Source: Octopus vulgaris (taxonomy: Eukaryota). From it: a DNA stretch of 64,000 nt. The stretch covers positions 136,028,001 through 136,092,000 of the forward strand of contig OX597816.1 in assembly GCA_951406725.2 (NCBI GenBank), given 5' to 3'. Positions 1 through 12,690 of this stretch are shown here, piece after piece. Below the pieces are notes generated by a model. That model was not told where the DNA came from and did no database searches. It was given only the letters and a program-made list of their open reading frames with translations. The translations under genes and the position numbers were made by a program. The stretch's first letter is position 1, and each line of letters starts with the position of its first letter.

Positions 1-32
1 TAATAAAAAGAAAACAATAATAATATATTTAC

Positions 33-109
33 CGATTACGTGCAGAATCCATATCTAATGTTAACTTATTTAGATGCTTTCTCAATTTTACAATAGTAGG
101 GATGTCATT
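33..109 (-). CDS. ARHGAP17/ARHGAP44: RICH-family BAR-RhoGAP, internal coding exon (BAR domain; NDIPTIVKLRKHLNKLTLDMDSARNR)
   Basis: ttttacAG acceptor and CG|gtaaat donor; 77 nt, phase 0 to 2. Peptide resembles ARHGAP17 EIPNIQKQRKQLARLVLDWDSVRAR (recalled sequence). Confidence 0.9.
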
Positions 110-732
110 CTGTAAAAGATAATTAATTACTCCAATCATATAAGCAAGATATCAAAATTGATCATTTTTTTTTTTTTAAATGAACAAACTAGAATGTTAG
201 TTTTATGTATATTTTAATCATTGCAAAAAGGATTTGATTAACTATAACTAAAAAAAAAGTAAAATGTTCAAAGAAATACTTCATTTGTGGAATTGCAATG
301 TGACCCTTCTGTATTGTCAGTACGGAAAGGTTTCCAGTATTGCAATGCATGTAAAAGAGCTTGCAAAACCTCTTAGTAGCTCCTGCACTTTCTCTGTGGG
401 GCAAAGCATCTCTGCTTTATATGTTGTCTATATATTTCATCCATATATGTATGAGTGTGTCTAAGCATGTATATATGTAAGTGTATGTACATACGTACAT
501 ACATACATACATGCAAACATACCTACCTACCTACCATATGTTACATATATATTATATCATACCTTGATACTGTGTAAACTAAGATCCCTGTTGATAGGCT
601 GCTGGTTTTTATAGTGTTAAACATTTTCAGTATGCAAATTAGGGACTTCTTCATAGAGTAATTGCTGCATTTGTTGAGTATATAAACAGTTTGGCCGCTT
701 GTTTCTCTGGAGACTGTCAGAATGATGTAGAC

Positions 733-775
733 ACCTCTGATGAGAACCCAATAAGGTTTGAAAATCAATTAAGGT
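733..775 (+). ncRNA. Minimal type I hammerhead ribozyme motif
   Basis: ACCT-CTGATGA-GAACC(caataa)GGTTT-GAAA-ATCAATT-A-AGGT: stems I and II pair, core intact, stem III is a near-palindrome. Confidence 0.65.
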
Positions 776-872
776 TGTTCATCATTTTTTCAGTCTGTGG
801 AGAAATGGCTAAAATTCCATATGTTACACACACACATATATATATATATATATGTATATGTGTATACATATA

Positions 873-1013
873 GGATTTGGAAGGGCATCCAGCTGTAAAA
901 ACCATGCCAAAACAGGAACAGAAGTGTGGCACAATCTTCTGCTTGGCCAGCTCCTGTCAAACCATCCAGCCCATGCCAGCATGGAAAGTGAACATATGAT
1001 GATGATGATGATG
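873..1013 (+). mobile_element. SINE family C 3' fragment with (GAT)n tail (OK-SINE-like)
   Basis: ggaagggcatccagctgtaaaa...ccatgccagcatggaaag...gatgatgat; recurs many times in the window. Confidence 0.75.
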
Positions 1014-1030
1014 AATTAATTGCCACATTT

Positions 1031-1245
1031 AAGGCAGTGAGCTGACAGAATCGTTAGCATGCTGGCCAAAATGCTCATTGGCATTTCATCCACTTTCACA
1101 TTCTGTGTACAAATGCTGCTGAGGTAAACATGACTTTCTTCCTTCTGGGGTTGATAAAATAAGTACCAGTTGAGTACTGGGGTTGTTATAATCGACTAGC
1201 TCCCTCCCCCGAAACTGCTGGCCTTGTGCCAATATTTGAAACCAA
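1031..1245 (+). mobile_element. tRNA-derived SINE family A
   Basis: ggcagtgagctgacagaatcgttagc head and ctttc.tcct.c.ggggt.gataaaataagtaccagtt central domain. Other copies: 20812-21021(-), 21117-21330(-), 22492-22706(-), 24425-24640(+), 39596-39787(+), 39882-40100(-), 54236-54468(+), 60870-61070(-). Confidence 0.8.
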
Positions 1246-4200
1246 TAAATAGTTGCATTCATGATGTAAAATAGAAAAGCCAATAAATTACATTGGTTCA
1301 AAAATTAAAGACCATGCAGTTATTCCTGTACTGATGTTATGTCAACCAAAGGCTGTGACCATGCTGGAGAACCACCATTTTGTATTTTTGTAAATTTTTT
1401 CTTTGTCATTTTACAGTGGATTCATTTGTAACAACAGATACAGAGAAAGATTATTTTATTAAGTTATCTGTGTTTTAGCCTTTACATATTATACATGGAT
1501 AGAGAGAAAGCAGCAGCTGCCCAAATCAGTTTGAAAAATAAAACTGGATGGAAATCCATTTGGACAATTAGTACTGTCATTTTCACATCATTTTAAAATC
1601 ATTATAATAGTATGGTAATGACTACTCAATTAAGTTGACTGAGATAATGTGATTTGCCTAAGAATATAAGACAATAATTACATGAACAAGTCTGCAACAT
1701 ATATTGCTACTCATCTCATTTTTATATTATCATGCTTGTGAGGTTCAATCTCTCCATATCTAATCTGTCTTTGTTTTTTGTTTTTTTTTGGGACTCTACT
1801 ACAGGTATTAATTCGTGTCAATATATGGGGAACATTTTCTTTCCAGTTCATGCATATCGAATGTTCACAAAAGGGAAACTGTCCTTCCTGTGCACATTCA
1901 GTGATGTCTTTAGTAACCAACCACTTCCACAGCTCACTTCAGCTTTTCATCCAGGTTAACATAACACATCTAAGGAATCATATTTCCATTTTCTCTAGAA
2001 TTCAAAACTTTATAAATATCCTACTTCTATCCATCTCTGCAGGTTCTCTATCATCTCTAATATTGTCTCACTACTGCATATCATTTTCAATTTTATACCA
2101 TTGAGGAAGCATTGACAGGTCATTTGAATGTCTAGAAACAATGGTCAAATATTCCTCAAATCACATAATATTATCTTTAAAAATAAGGTCACATTAAATA
2201 ATGGAGTCCTAGATACACTATTAGAAAATCAGACAGCATAATCACAACTAGAACATCTTTGATTATAGGTCAATTGGATCAGCGCTGGCCTGAAGCTAAA
2301 CAACAATAGCATGGAACCTCTCTATTATCAATATATTTTATCCAAGTATTAATTATGATAGTAAAGTATCAGAATTTATTAACACTAATGAACACCAGTA
2401 ATTCATCACTGTTTACATATTCTAGACTTTCACCTTGAGGAGAGAGGACAAGACAAGTAAATGAGTGACAAAAAGATTTTGACTAACAAACAACTAATTT
2501 ATTCTTTAACAAACAATCAATTACTTAGATATTTAGCCAATAGACTAATAAAGAAGTGATATTGAATTAGTGTATGTTATTATTATTGGCACAATGACCC
2601 TCCCAAGATGCAGATATATTCTCTATATTTTCTGCAATGAATGTTTTGATTATTTAATGACCATTCAACCATGGATTCTACTGCACAATACTATTTAGCT
2701 TTACATGTGATTTACAGAGAAGACAAAATGACAATGTATGGTGACTAAGCCTTCACAATGGTGTCATATGTGAAGAGAAATAGCTTTAACTTGAAATTTA
2801 CCACACAGTAGTAAGGTTCACTTTAAAAGGTGGGTTTCATTAGAGTTCAAAACTAAAATAGATAGACAAGATAAAATAGTTAACCCTGAACAAAAAGACA
2901 AGTAACCAAAAACGGTTACATAGTATAACACTGAACAAAAAGACAAGCAACCAAAATCACTTGATACATAGTATCAAGTGATATTAATAGAGACTAGTCT
3001 TAGGTCATATAAACTCTAAATTTCTAATTCATTGTCTGTTAAGTAAATAAACTTGTCGACAATATAATTCCTAGAGATTTTTACCAAAGGACACATATAT
3101 GAAAATGTTGTTTATTAATCACATATCAACATATAGTTATGTCTAACAAGTTGTTTTAAAATTTCATTTACCCAGACCTAAACATTTTATCCTGTAACTG
3201 AATTTTGGAATTTTATGACTAACAGATATCAATCTGTCAGGTCGAACAACCTCAGCTCTAGCAGCCTACATACTGAATTATGTACTGAGCCTCTTGCACT
3301 ATGAATGAGTAGCTGATCCTATCATCTTCATCAACATGATCAAATTTTTTCAGAGTTAGTTTGATCACCACCAATGAAAAGTTGGCCTACAGAGAGGCAG
3401 AACAGAATTAAGGATGTGATGGTGCTAAGATACACAAGAGGCATACAAGCTGTAAAGGTAGAGTCTGTATTGTATTAAAAAGGTACAGCACCTATAAAAC
3501 TGTAAGCACAATGGCTGAGCAGTAATAGTAGTAGTAGTAGCAGTTATGAGAGTAAAAGTATAATGACTGTGAGAGTAGAAGCAAAATAGCTGTGAGGATA
3601 GAAACCCAATTAGTTTAGCTTCAAATTCTTTAGAATCTATAAAGAGAACCTCCTATGTTACGACTACACTGGTACCTTGAAGGATAAGGCTCAGAAGCAA
3701 TTACATTTTCTAAGAATGCTACACAACAAAACAAACTTTTCTTCTAGGTTTCTTAATCTATTTTTTCTTGCATTAATTTGTAGAACTGCATTGCAGCATG
3801 GTATGGCAACTGCTCCCTATCTCAACATTATTAACATTGTATTGTTGTCCACAGGGGGGAGGTTTATTAAGAGTTAGTTTCAAAGCTTTTCAGGTACAAT
3901 CAAGACTGCATGAATAGTTGTTTATCTCCATTCAGCCTGATCCTGTTAACCTATAATATTGTAGCCATGACTATGTCAACTATTTCTTATCAATATTATC
4001 TAGGAATATACTCCCCAAAGTATTCTTTTTTTTTAAGACTAAGAATATATTTTGCAGAGATTTGTCAACTAATTCTGTCAAGTTGAGTGATTATATGTAG
4101 TCACTATTTTGTAGCCCAGAAGTCATTTTCTCTAAAGGTCAGCTGTTGACTATAGCTTTCTAAGTATATATTACTTCTATTATTACCCTAATACTTATTA

Positions 4201-4567
4201 ATTTTTATTATTATTATTATTTTTCTTGTTAATAACCTTATTACCTGGTCTATCATTCTTGATTTTGAAACTATTATTGTCCACTTGTCTGAATTAGTTC
4301 TGTTCAAGTCCTTTTATGGCAGAGAAACAACAAATTAGAAAACATTTATGAGAAATAACAATTCATCCTATATACTATGATTTAATCAGGTACACTATAT
4401 CTTTTGTTACAATGTTATAGAACAGGGAAAGTAATGTGTAGCAGTTATAGGTCACTAAACAACCTTTTTATTGAGCAATCTCTTCTATACAACAAAAATT
4501 GTTGCATATTTCAGAATTGAAATACAACTAGAATATGTGTGTTATTTGTGAAACCTGTGATACTTAC

Positions 4568-4679
4568 TTCAAGAATTAAATTCAATGGATTTAATACAGT
4601 GTTTTCTACCTCCAATTCATAATATAACAGTTCTTTAGCTTGACCATTTTGGCACTCACCACATAGGTGGAATACATTA
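4568..4679 (-). CDS. ARHGAP17/ARHGAP44: RICH-family BAR-RhoGAP, internal coding exon (NVFHLCGECQNGQAKELLYYELEVENTVLNPLNLILE)
   Basis: ttttAG acceptor and GAA|gtaagt donor; 112 nt, phase 2 to 0; lies in ORF 4511..4714. Resembles ARHGAP17 KMLETCGDAENQLALELSQHEVFVEKEIVDPL. Confidence 0.9.
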
Positions 4680-5084
4680 CTAAAACAAAGGAAAAAAAAA
4701 TTATCAATTAACATAATCTAGTCATTATCATTAACAGGTATATTTCCATAAATCCTATGTACAAAATAAAAACTGTGCTCAGGTTTTATAAACCTGAGAG
4801 AGTTAGAGATGTAATACTGAATTCATTGCTGTTTGCATCCCTATTAACAGAAATACAGTGAAAATCAACACAATTTACTTGGTCCCTATGGTTCCTTTGT
4901 TCTTCTCAAAAACATCCAACTTTCAAAGTATGAAATATGAACAAAAATTAAACAAAAAAAGTAACTTCATCACACCCCCACTTCTCATATATGTAATAGT
5001 GCATTAGCAGCTCATATACATAATAGTGCATTAGCAGCCTAGACTGCATTTAGAGTATATCCCTGTGTTTGATAGGAATATGAC

Positions 5085-5561
5085 AGCAGCCAACCGGCTT
5101 CCATGCCAGTGGCACATAAAAGGCACCATTCGAGTGTGATCATTTCCAGCGTCGCCTTACTGGCACTTGGGCCCGTGTTAGTAGGGTGCCAAGAGCACTG
5201 TCTGAGCATGATCGTTGCCAGAGCAGCCGGCTGGCTTCTGTGCCGGTGGCACGTAAAAGGGCACTGTTCGAGCATGATCGTTACCAATGTCGCCTTACTG
5301 GCACCTGTGCCAATGACATGTGTAAGAGGATTCGAGTGAGGTCATTGCCAGTACCACCTGACTGGCCCCCGTGCCGGTGGCATGTAAAAAGCACCCACTA
5401 CACTCTCAGAGTGGTTGGCGATAGGAAAGGCATCCAGCCATAGAAACTCTGCCAGATCAAGATTGGAGCCTGGTGCAGCCATCTGGTTCGCCAGCCCTCA
5501 GTCAAAATCATCCAACCCATGCTAGCATGGAAAGCAGACGTTAAACGATGATGATGATGAT
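5085..5561 (+). mobile_element. SINE family C with internal diverged tandem modules and (GAT)n tail
   Basis: Repeated gtgccggtggcacgtaaaa modules followed by the conserved 3' end ...ggaaagcagacgttaaacgatgatgat. Confidence 0.8.
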
Positions 5562-5954
5562 GCCACCTCCCCTGTTTATCATCATGAGATGTTCTCTGCC
5601 TGTCTCCTCACTTAAATGGTAAAGGAACTCTGTTCTTTAGAGGCTTAGAAGTTTCCATTTTAGTTTTCACTTTAAAAGTCTTTGGAAGCTTCCTCATGCA
5701 TGCCAACCCCATGTGCTTCATCATTTATACAGAGTTTCTTATGCTGACTTCCAGACTAAACATCAACATTTGTAGATAAACATCAGTAAAAATGTTCAAT
5801 TAATCAAATGATTTAGCCTTTAAACGTTTATCACTGCTAACATTCTACAGTGGTGTCACTAAGTCTAAAGAGTATACTGAGGACTAGTAATTATATCCGT
5901 TCATTTAATCACAGTTCAATCTATAAACAGAAAGAGGAGCTTTTTTTTACACTT

Positions 5955-6170
5955 TTTACCCTTTAGCCTTCAAATTACTCTTTCAAATGAAAGACTGATT
6001 TATCCACATTGTTTTGAAGTTCTCATAGCTTTGAGATTTTGATAATCTGATTGTTTATTTTTAGAATGACATTGTAGGGTAGGTTCAAGAGGCCAGATCT
6101 GGTCAGTTTTAACATAAAACTTGTAGAATATTTGGGCCTGATATGGCAAGTTTAACTGCTAAAGAGTTAA
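5955..6170 (+). mobile_element. piggyBac-type MITE family P1
   Basis: ccctttagc...gctaaag(a)gttaa ends; homologous to 10299-10525. Confidence 0.7.
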
Positions 6171-7193
6171 ATTATTAAAGGCTACACAAGAAAATTTAAA
6201 TTCAACATAATGCAATTACTGACAGTATCAATAATACCAGAAAATTTGACATCAATTTAAGAATATTTAAAGCGTATAAGTGTATAATATGAACTGTTTC
6301 TTTAGCAGACATATATTGTTGAAAGTAACTATTTTCTAAAAGTCAAAATAAGTTATCAAACTACTACTAATTTCTGTTTTTTAAAAATAAACAACTAAAA
6401 AAAAAACTATTTCTGTCAAAATAGTATTACTGTGCACCCTAATATATTTATCAGCTACCTTTCTCCAATCGTCAAATGCAAGCTAGAATATTATGTTTCA
6501 GATCACATTTCCTTCATAAATTTATATCAAGATAGCTTAGCAAAGAATGTTTATCGAAATTCATCTTTTTGCTTCTTCATAAATATCTAATTTTTTTCTG
6601 GTCAGGTAATAACTAAAATCATTTAATCATGAAAGATGGAATGTTTACCACTATAAAGATCATTAAATCATCTTCTGATTACTGCCCTACAGTGCTAGCT
6701 GCATAAATTTCTAAATAAGCCGCTTACTTTAGGAAGAGCCATGTTAGGCATCTGTATACTAGATGAACAGCAAGAGTTTGTTAAGTTTTCAATAAAGAAC
6801 ATACAAAAACGTTTTTCAATAATACCAACACGAAAATTGCAGCAAAGCTGCGTGATAGTAGTGTCAGATGTAGCATGCAGACCATCATATAACTTGTTTG
6901 ACATAGTGTTTTTATTCCCCTTTTCCATTTTATTTTGACATGTGCATTGCGTTTTTATTCTTCTCTTCTGTTTTACAAATTCTGTGTGCACCTACATTTA
7001 GCATGTTCATACTTCTCTTTCTGGTTCCTACTCAAAACTGTTTACAGATCACAACCATCTCACTAACCTGCAGTTCTGAGGAGCGCTTCATGCTCCAATG
7101 GTAGTGGAAAAACTGTAAATGATATGTTGCCAAATAAAATGTAAAGTACAATGTTCTGGAAATAAGAAATAAGTGGAAAAAATGTGTATTTAC

Positions 7194-7270
7194 CCCAACA
7201 CTGAGTCCAAACCCAATGTAGTTGCTGATTCTAGCATAGTATGGCCAATACCAGTTTCAGGGAGCTTTTT
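7194..7270 (-). CDS. ARHGAP17/ARHGAP44: RICH-family BAR-RhoGAP, internal coding exon (KKLPETGIGHTMLESATTLGLDSVLG)
   Basis: tttcAG acceptor and GG|gtaaat donor; 77 nt, phase 0 to 2. Resembles ARHGAP17 KKLPLTALAQNMQEASTQLEDSLLG. Confidence 0.9.
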
Positions 7271-8069
7271 CTGAAATTAAAAATGATTTACAAATATATA
7301 AGAAATCAAATTATCACTTAAATCAAACATAATTCATTTTTTGCTTTAATATTAAAGGTGCAACATAAGGAGTGTGATCTCTGTGTAAGGATATAATCAT
7401 GCAAAGAGGCAAATCGCATTGGTAGGCTATGTTAGTCAAATACCGACCAGGAACTATTAAAATAAGTGACTCCAGATTTAAAATACTCAAACTCAAACAA
7501 ATATTAATATATCAATCACAATTATCTGATACAGATAATTTGGAATTAATTGGCATACTATTTCGTACAAAACCATGAGACTACAAATTTGTTGTTTGGT
7601 GCATGTGCAGGGTATAGTTGAATGAATCAATCCCAGTAAATGATGATTACTTTCCAGACCCAGGAGAGCTGAAAAGCAAAGTCAATCCTAGTACAAATTG
7701 AACTCAAGATGTAAATAAACATTACTATGCACAACATCTAAAACAGTCCTTGAATGCTTCTGTTTATTAACAGAATAGTGATATTTCACAATAACGAACC
7801 TTTTCATAACAACTATTATTGCAGTCATACAAAGGCAGAGAAAAAAGTGATACAACAGTATTGAGTGCAGAGGCATGACAGCAGTAAAAGCAGATGTACA
7901 ATAGCAGTGACAGTAGAAATATAATAGCAGTGAATGTAAAGGTAAAAATGCAGTGAGAGTAGAGGGGCAAGGGCTGAACCAAAATTATGTAAAAATGAGC
8001 ATAACTTTTTTATGGTTTGTTCAAATTGCATATGTTGGTTGAATAACTTTTCCTCTATACAAAAGTACT

Positions 8070-9090
8070 ACCCAACATAAACTTCATCACAAACAATGCA
8101 TTTTCCCCCATTATTGAAATCAACTCTCAAATTCAGTTTGAAAACAAATTCAGGTGAGCACTCTTGTAAACACTTCTTCACACCCACATGTGTCATTAGA
8201 TCTTTGTCCTCAAAGGACCAAGCAAGTGGGAGTCAGAAGGTGCCAGATCCAGACTATACAGTGAGGAGTTAACCTTTGACCAGCCTAATTAGCTGATTGT
8301 CTGATTTCTTGCCAAAGATGTATGTAGTCATGCATTGTCAGGGTGAATGTGGATCGTTTTCAGAATCTTGATTGGTCTCTTCCTCCTAACGGCTTCCCTA
8401 AGCTTTTTGAGCATCTCAATGTGTCACTTGCAATACATGGAACAGTCATATTCCAGATAATCAATGAAAATGGTGTCCTTGTCATCCCAAAACACAGTCA
8501 TAAAGACCTTCTGGACCAATCACTGGCTCTTGAATTTCTTAAGCTTTGGAGATGTAGGTGCCATTCTAAGGACTGAAACTTAATTTCCAGGCATAAAGAT
8601 ACTTTCACATCTCATCTCCTATCACCAGATCAAAAAAAAAAAAAAAAAAAAACAATTGTCTTCAATGGCTTCAAATGCATTCAACAGATCAGAGCCAATT
8701 TCCACCCTTCTCTCCTTCAAATTGAGTATCAATCCTGAGATACCCAGTTTACACTCACTTTCTGATACCCAAAGTCTTCCACTATCTTCTGTAATGCATT
8801 ATGCCCATAGTCCAGTTGTTCAACATGCTCACAGGATGTGGCATGTCTGTTAGCATAAATCAGTTCATCTACTCTCTAAGGATTTGTATCAGTGGTCGAA
8901 GCTGATGGCCTTCCAGTGTGTGGTGATTTGTTTTCAATGTTGGTTTCTCCTTTCTTCAAACTTCTTCATCCATCTGTACTTATAACTCTTGTCAATAGTG
9001 TTAATTCTATAAACAACCTGTAGCACTCTGTGGATGTCAGGCAGACTGCACCCTACTCTTTTGTCAAAAACTTAATTATGACACATTGCT
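8070..9090 (-). pseudogene. Decayed mariner transposase
   Basis: Minus-strand fragments KKFKSQ*LVQKVFMTVFWDDKDTIFIDYL, IHPDNA and YSLDLAPSDSHLLGPL (the YSPDLAPSD motif), with stops and frameshifts. Confidence 0.85.
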
Positions 9091-10142
9091 TCTGCCTGGA
9101 ACCGATTATTTGCCAGTAATAAAGAAGAACAGGAAGAAGAGTTACAAGCGAGTAAGATTTATTCTGCCAATGTCTGCAATTTGAATAACCTGTATCACTT
9201 AATAAAAAGGTTACATCCACTCTTGCATTACTTCAGTACAACCCTTGTACAATGGCAGTCAATATAGAGGTACAATAACAGTGAGTGGGGAGGTACAATG
9301 GTAGTGGGTGTAGAGGAGCAGTGGTAATACCAGTAGAGGCAAAATGGATGTGAGAGTAGGTGCACAATAGAATTGCACATAAAGGCTCAATGAATGTATG
9401 AGTAGAAATACAGTAGATGTAGGAATGGAGCAAAAGAGATATGGTGTTAAGGAGCTGAACTATTCATCAAAAGATATAAATTCAAACTTTACAACTACAA
9501 CCTTTATGTTGTGCAAGTAATTCTGCTGGGTCTAGTCAGACTGATTAACATAAAATATATTCCACTCCCTACTTCCTGACCGAGTGATTAGTAATAGAAA
9601 AAGCAACTTTTTTTTTTCAAATAACATTGCTGATAATTAAAACAACACAATACAATGATTTTTTTAAAGAAGACATTATATAACCAAGACCTATATACAT
9701 TTTATCTATGTATTAAAAAATAACAAAAACAAAGTAGTCAAAACTGGAGCATCTTTGATCATGAGTCATTTCCAACAGTCTGGACCTGAGGACAAACAAC
9801 AACTTAAAAACAATAACCAATAACTAACATCAACAAAACTGAATTCAAAATGGTTAAAAATGTAAAAAAACATCATCACTATAATAAACTTTGTATATAT
9901 ATGAGTTTATATTTAAAACAATGATTAAATGAATCATTTTTTTAGGGTGAATCTCAAAGCAGATATAACTATTAATAAAATAGTATGTAATATACTGATT
10001 TTAAAAAGAAACCTTAAATGAAAAAAGTTATCTGCTATCTGCAGGATGGCTTGTTTTCTCAAATGTAAACTTTGACCTTCTTTTCCCACCCAAGGCTTTT
10101 TTTAACTCAATGTATCAATATATTACATCCTATTATTTATAG

Positions 10143-10247
10143 AATATAAATGAGTAATGGTAGAAGTACAAGTGTCAAGCCATTATAGCTGTTTCTAATG
10201 GCCATAATGGAATGACACTTGTACCTCTACTGTTACTCATTTATATT
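10143..10247. repeat. Short inverted repeat / hairpin (35-bp arms)
   Basis: AATATAAATGAGTAATGGTAGAAGTACAAGTGTCA matches the reverse complement of 10213-10247 with 3 mismatches. Confidence 0.85.
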
Positions 10248-10298
10248 TTATTCACCTGTCTTGGAATCTGCCCTTAGTAAATATTATGGACCATATAT

Positions 10299-10525
10299 TT
10301 AACCCTTTAATGTTCAGATTATTCAATCAAACATAATGCTTATCGATTCCCATTGATTTGAATTAATCATGCATTATCTCATATCTTCAAGATCTTGATG
10401 GTATAATTACTTAATGTAGAATAACATTGTAGGGTAGGTGTGAGAGCCTGGATCTTGTCAGTTTGAACATAAAACGGATTAGCTATTTTGGCCGGATATG
10501 GCCGGTTTAAATACTAAAGGGTTAA
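10299..10525 (+). mobile_element. piggyBac-type MITE family P1 (TTAA target-site duplication)
   Basis: TTAA-CCCTTTA...TAAAGGG-TTAA. Other copies: 21332-21560(-), 23669-23870(+), 51160-51374(-), 62294-62514(-). Confidence 0.85.
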
Positions 10526-10734
10526 TATAATGAAGATGTCTGAATAGCTCAAGAGTAGATTTCTTCACTCAGCTGGGTCTAATTGTCTACATACACTGCA
10601 AGAATATCATTCGGCCAGTGCTTGTGTACCAAGTTTGATATTTACATAATATTGTTGTGTGTGTATATTATTCTGACCTAATGAGGTGCCTCAATTTAAG
10701 TTCCTAACTCAACTGAATCTTACTTATGTTCTAT

Positions 10735-11105
10735 TATTACCTCTGCCTTAGTGAAGGCGGAGGTATTGTTTTCAGTCGTGTTTGTTTGTTTGCTTGTCGT
10801 GGACAAGATATCTCAAGAACTGCTGGATGGATTTGGATGAAAAATTTCAAGGATGTTTGGCCTCATGACTGGCATGAACTGATTAGATTTTGGGATCGAT
10901 CCAGTACCAGACAAGAATTCTGGATTATTTTTCTGGTTTTTTTTTTTTTTACTTAACTTTTGTGAGCGGTCGGGTTCATTTTTAGTATTCACGTTTGATA
11001 AAGCAGTTGAGTTTATTTCAGATATTCTCATTTTAAAAAATCATCTCTGACTAATCATTGAGAGGATGTTAGTGTTGCCTTTGTGCTCTGTGAGTGCTCT
11101 TGTTT
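10735..11105 (+). mobile_element. Non-autonomous element, Helentron/DINE-like (HINE)
   Basis: tattacctctgccttagtgaaggcggagg subterminal hairpin and (gttt)n; second copy at 40980-41355(-). Class assigned from architecture only. Confidence 0.55.
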
Positions 11106-12301
11106 ATAGATGTATTCATTTCAAGGCTCACCCTTGAAGTTATCTATTTCACATCCCCTTGAAACTTTTACATTTTCATGATGTAAATGATATTAGATAT
11201 GTTTTTAACTGAAACTTGGAAGAATAATTTGATGAAATGATAGCAATGTATTACTATTACAATGATAAGAAGAAAAATGACAATTACAGTGGTGGTGATG
11301 ATGATGATTATGATTTCGATACCTTTCAAAACAATTGAGTATTCTTTGAAAAAAAAAAAACATTTTTGTTTCATTTCAAAATAATATGAGAACTTCCCTT
11401 TTTCACCCAGCTACTGAATATCCTGGCATACTTGATAACATTTTACTAATTATCAAAGCTAATAAGCGTATATAAATCCCTAGCCTATGATCTTAGGCCT
11501 ACATTTCGCTGACAACTAGTCTATCTGTAAGATATCACTTTACTTTATCTATACAGAACAGATACAGCTTCTATAAATTCCTCACCAAAAAGTTTATCAG
11601 TGGTCTTAATTTGATACCAATTATCGTTTTTGACTAAATTTACTTCCACACCATCATTTCGAATATAAAAGATATAAAAGTGAAGCATAGTCTCTTTAAA
11701 AATACTTTTAACATCTACTTTCACCTTTGGAATATATTTCAGTCTGAAATAATAAACTTCTAATGTAGGTTACAGCTTGTAGAAAGTGACTGAAAATTTT
11801 TATATGCAAGGAAGTTACAGGCTATTAAACTCAAAATCATTAACAAGCTGGAAGAACACAGAAATATAGCAGGTAATTTTAAGAGGCTGCCAACATTGTC
11901 TTCATCTTCTCAATGCAAATATATAAAACAGAACATGTTGAAAGAACAGTTCTGCTACAGATGTTACAGCAACACAATTTGGGGTTAAGAATATGGACTC
12001 AGTTTCAACCACCTTTGTTGTAGTTGTTGAGAGAAAGGCACAGTTGATGGCCCTATATGGCTATAATGCAGCATAGCAGTAGGATAGAAGAAGGAAGCTA
12101 GTACATTTAGTGATGTGGGTAGGGATAACATATAAGGGGAATATAATTTTAAAAAGTAAGAAAGGAACACAATATTTTGTATAAGATCTACAGAGGTTAA
12201 CAGGCAGTGTGGGGACAAAAACAAAGCTACTGTCTGAATTCTATGTAATACTTTTAATAACTTAATTAAAATGACAGATAAATATTTATTCATTTCACAA
12301 T

Positions 12302-12690
12302 GGGTGCAGGCATGGCTATATTGTAAGAAGTTTGCTTCCCAACCACATGGTTCCAGATTCAGTCCCACTGCATGGCGCGTGTCTTCTACTATAGCCTCAG
12401 GTTGACCAAAGTCTTTAGAGTGGCTTTGGTAGATGGAAACTGAAAGAAGCCCATCATATGTGTGTGTATGTGTGTGTGCGTGTCTTTTGTTTATCCCCAC
12501 TACCATTGCTTGACAACTGATGTTAGAGTATTTATATCCATGTAACTTAGTGGTCTAGCAAAAGAGACCAATAGAATAAGTACTAGGCTTACAGAGAATA
12601 AATCCTAGGGTTGATTTCTTTGACTAAAACCCTCTAAGGCAGTGCTCCAGTATGGTTGCAGTCTAATGACTGAAACAAGTAACAGAATAA
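12302..12690 (+). mobile_element. tRNA-derived CORE-type SINE family B with internal (TG/TA)n
   Basis: tRNA-like head, gtgtcttctactatagcc block, and tail ...gcagtctaatgactgaaacaagt. Other copies: 17995-18410, 22110-22400, 45770-45975(-), 46975-47200, 50125-50290(-), 52255-52400(-), 58296-60445. Confidence 0.8.

Noticed and set aside
6551-6580. Minus-strand ATG AAG AAG CAA (MKKQ), resembling the expected gene start
   Set aside because: It stops after 9 codons and lies downstream of two coding exons.
9235-9430. Purine-rich periodic tracts (also about 3520-3600, 7850-7970, 45470-45660)
   Set aside because: They look like decayed minisatellites; no coding or structural signal was found.
11985-12506. 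173-aa ORF
   Set aside because: It runs antisense through a family B SINE and a microsatellite; no recognisable domain.
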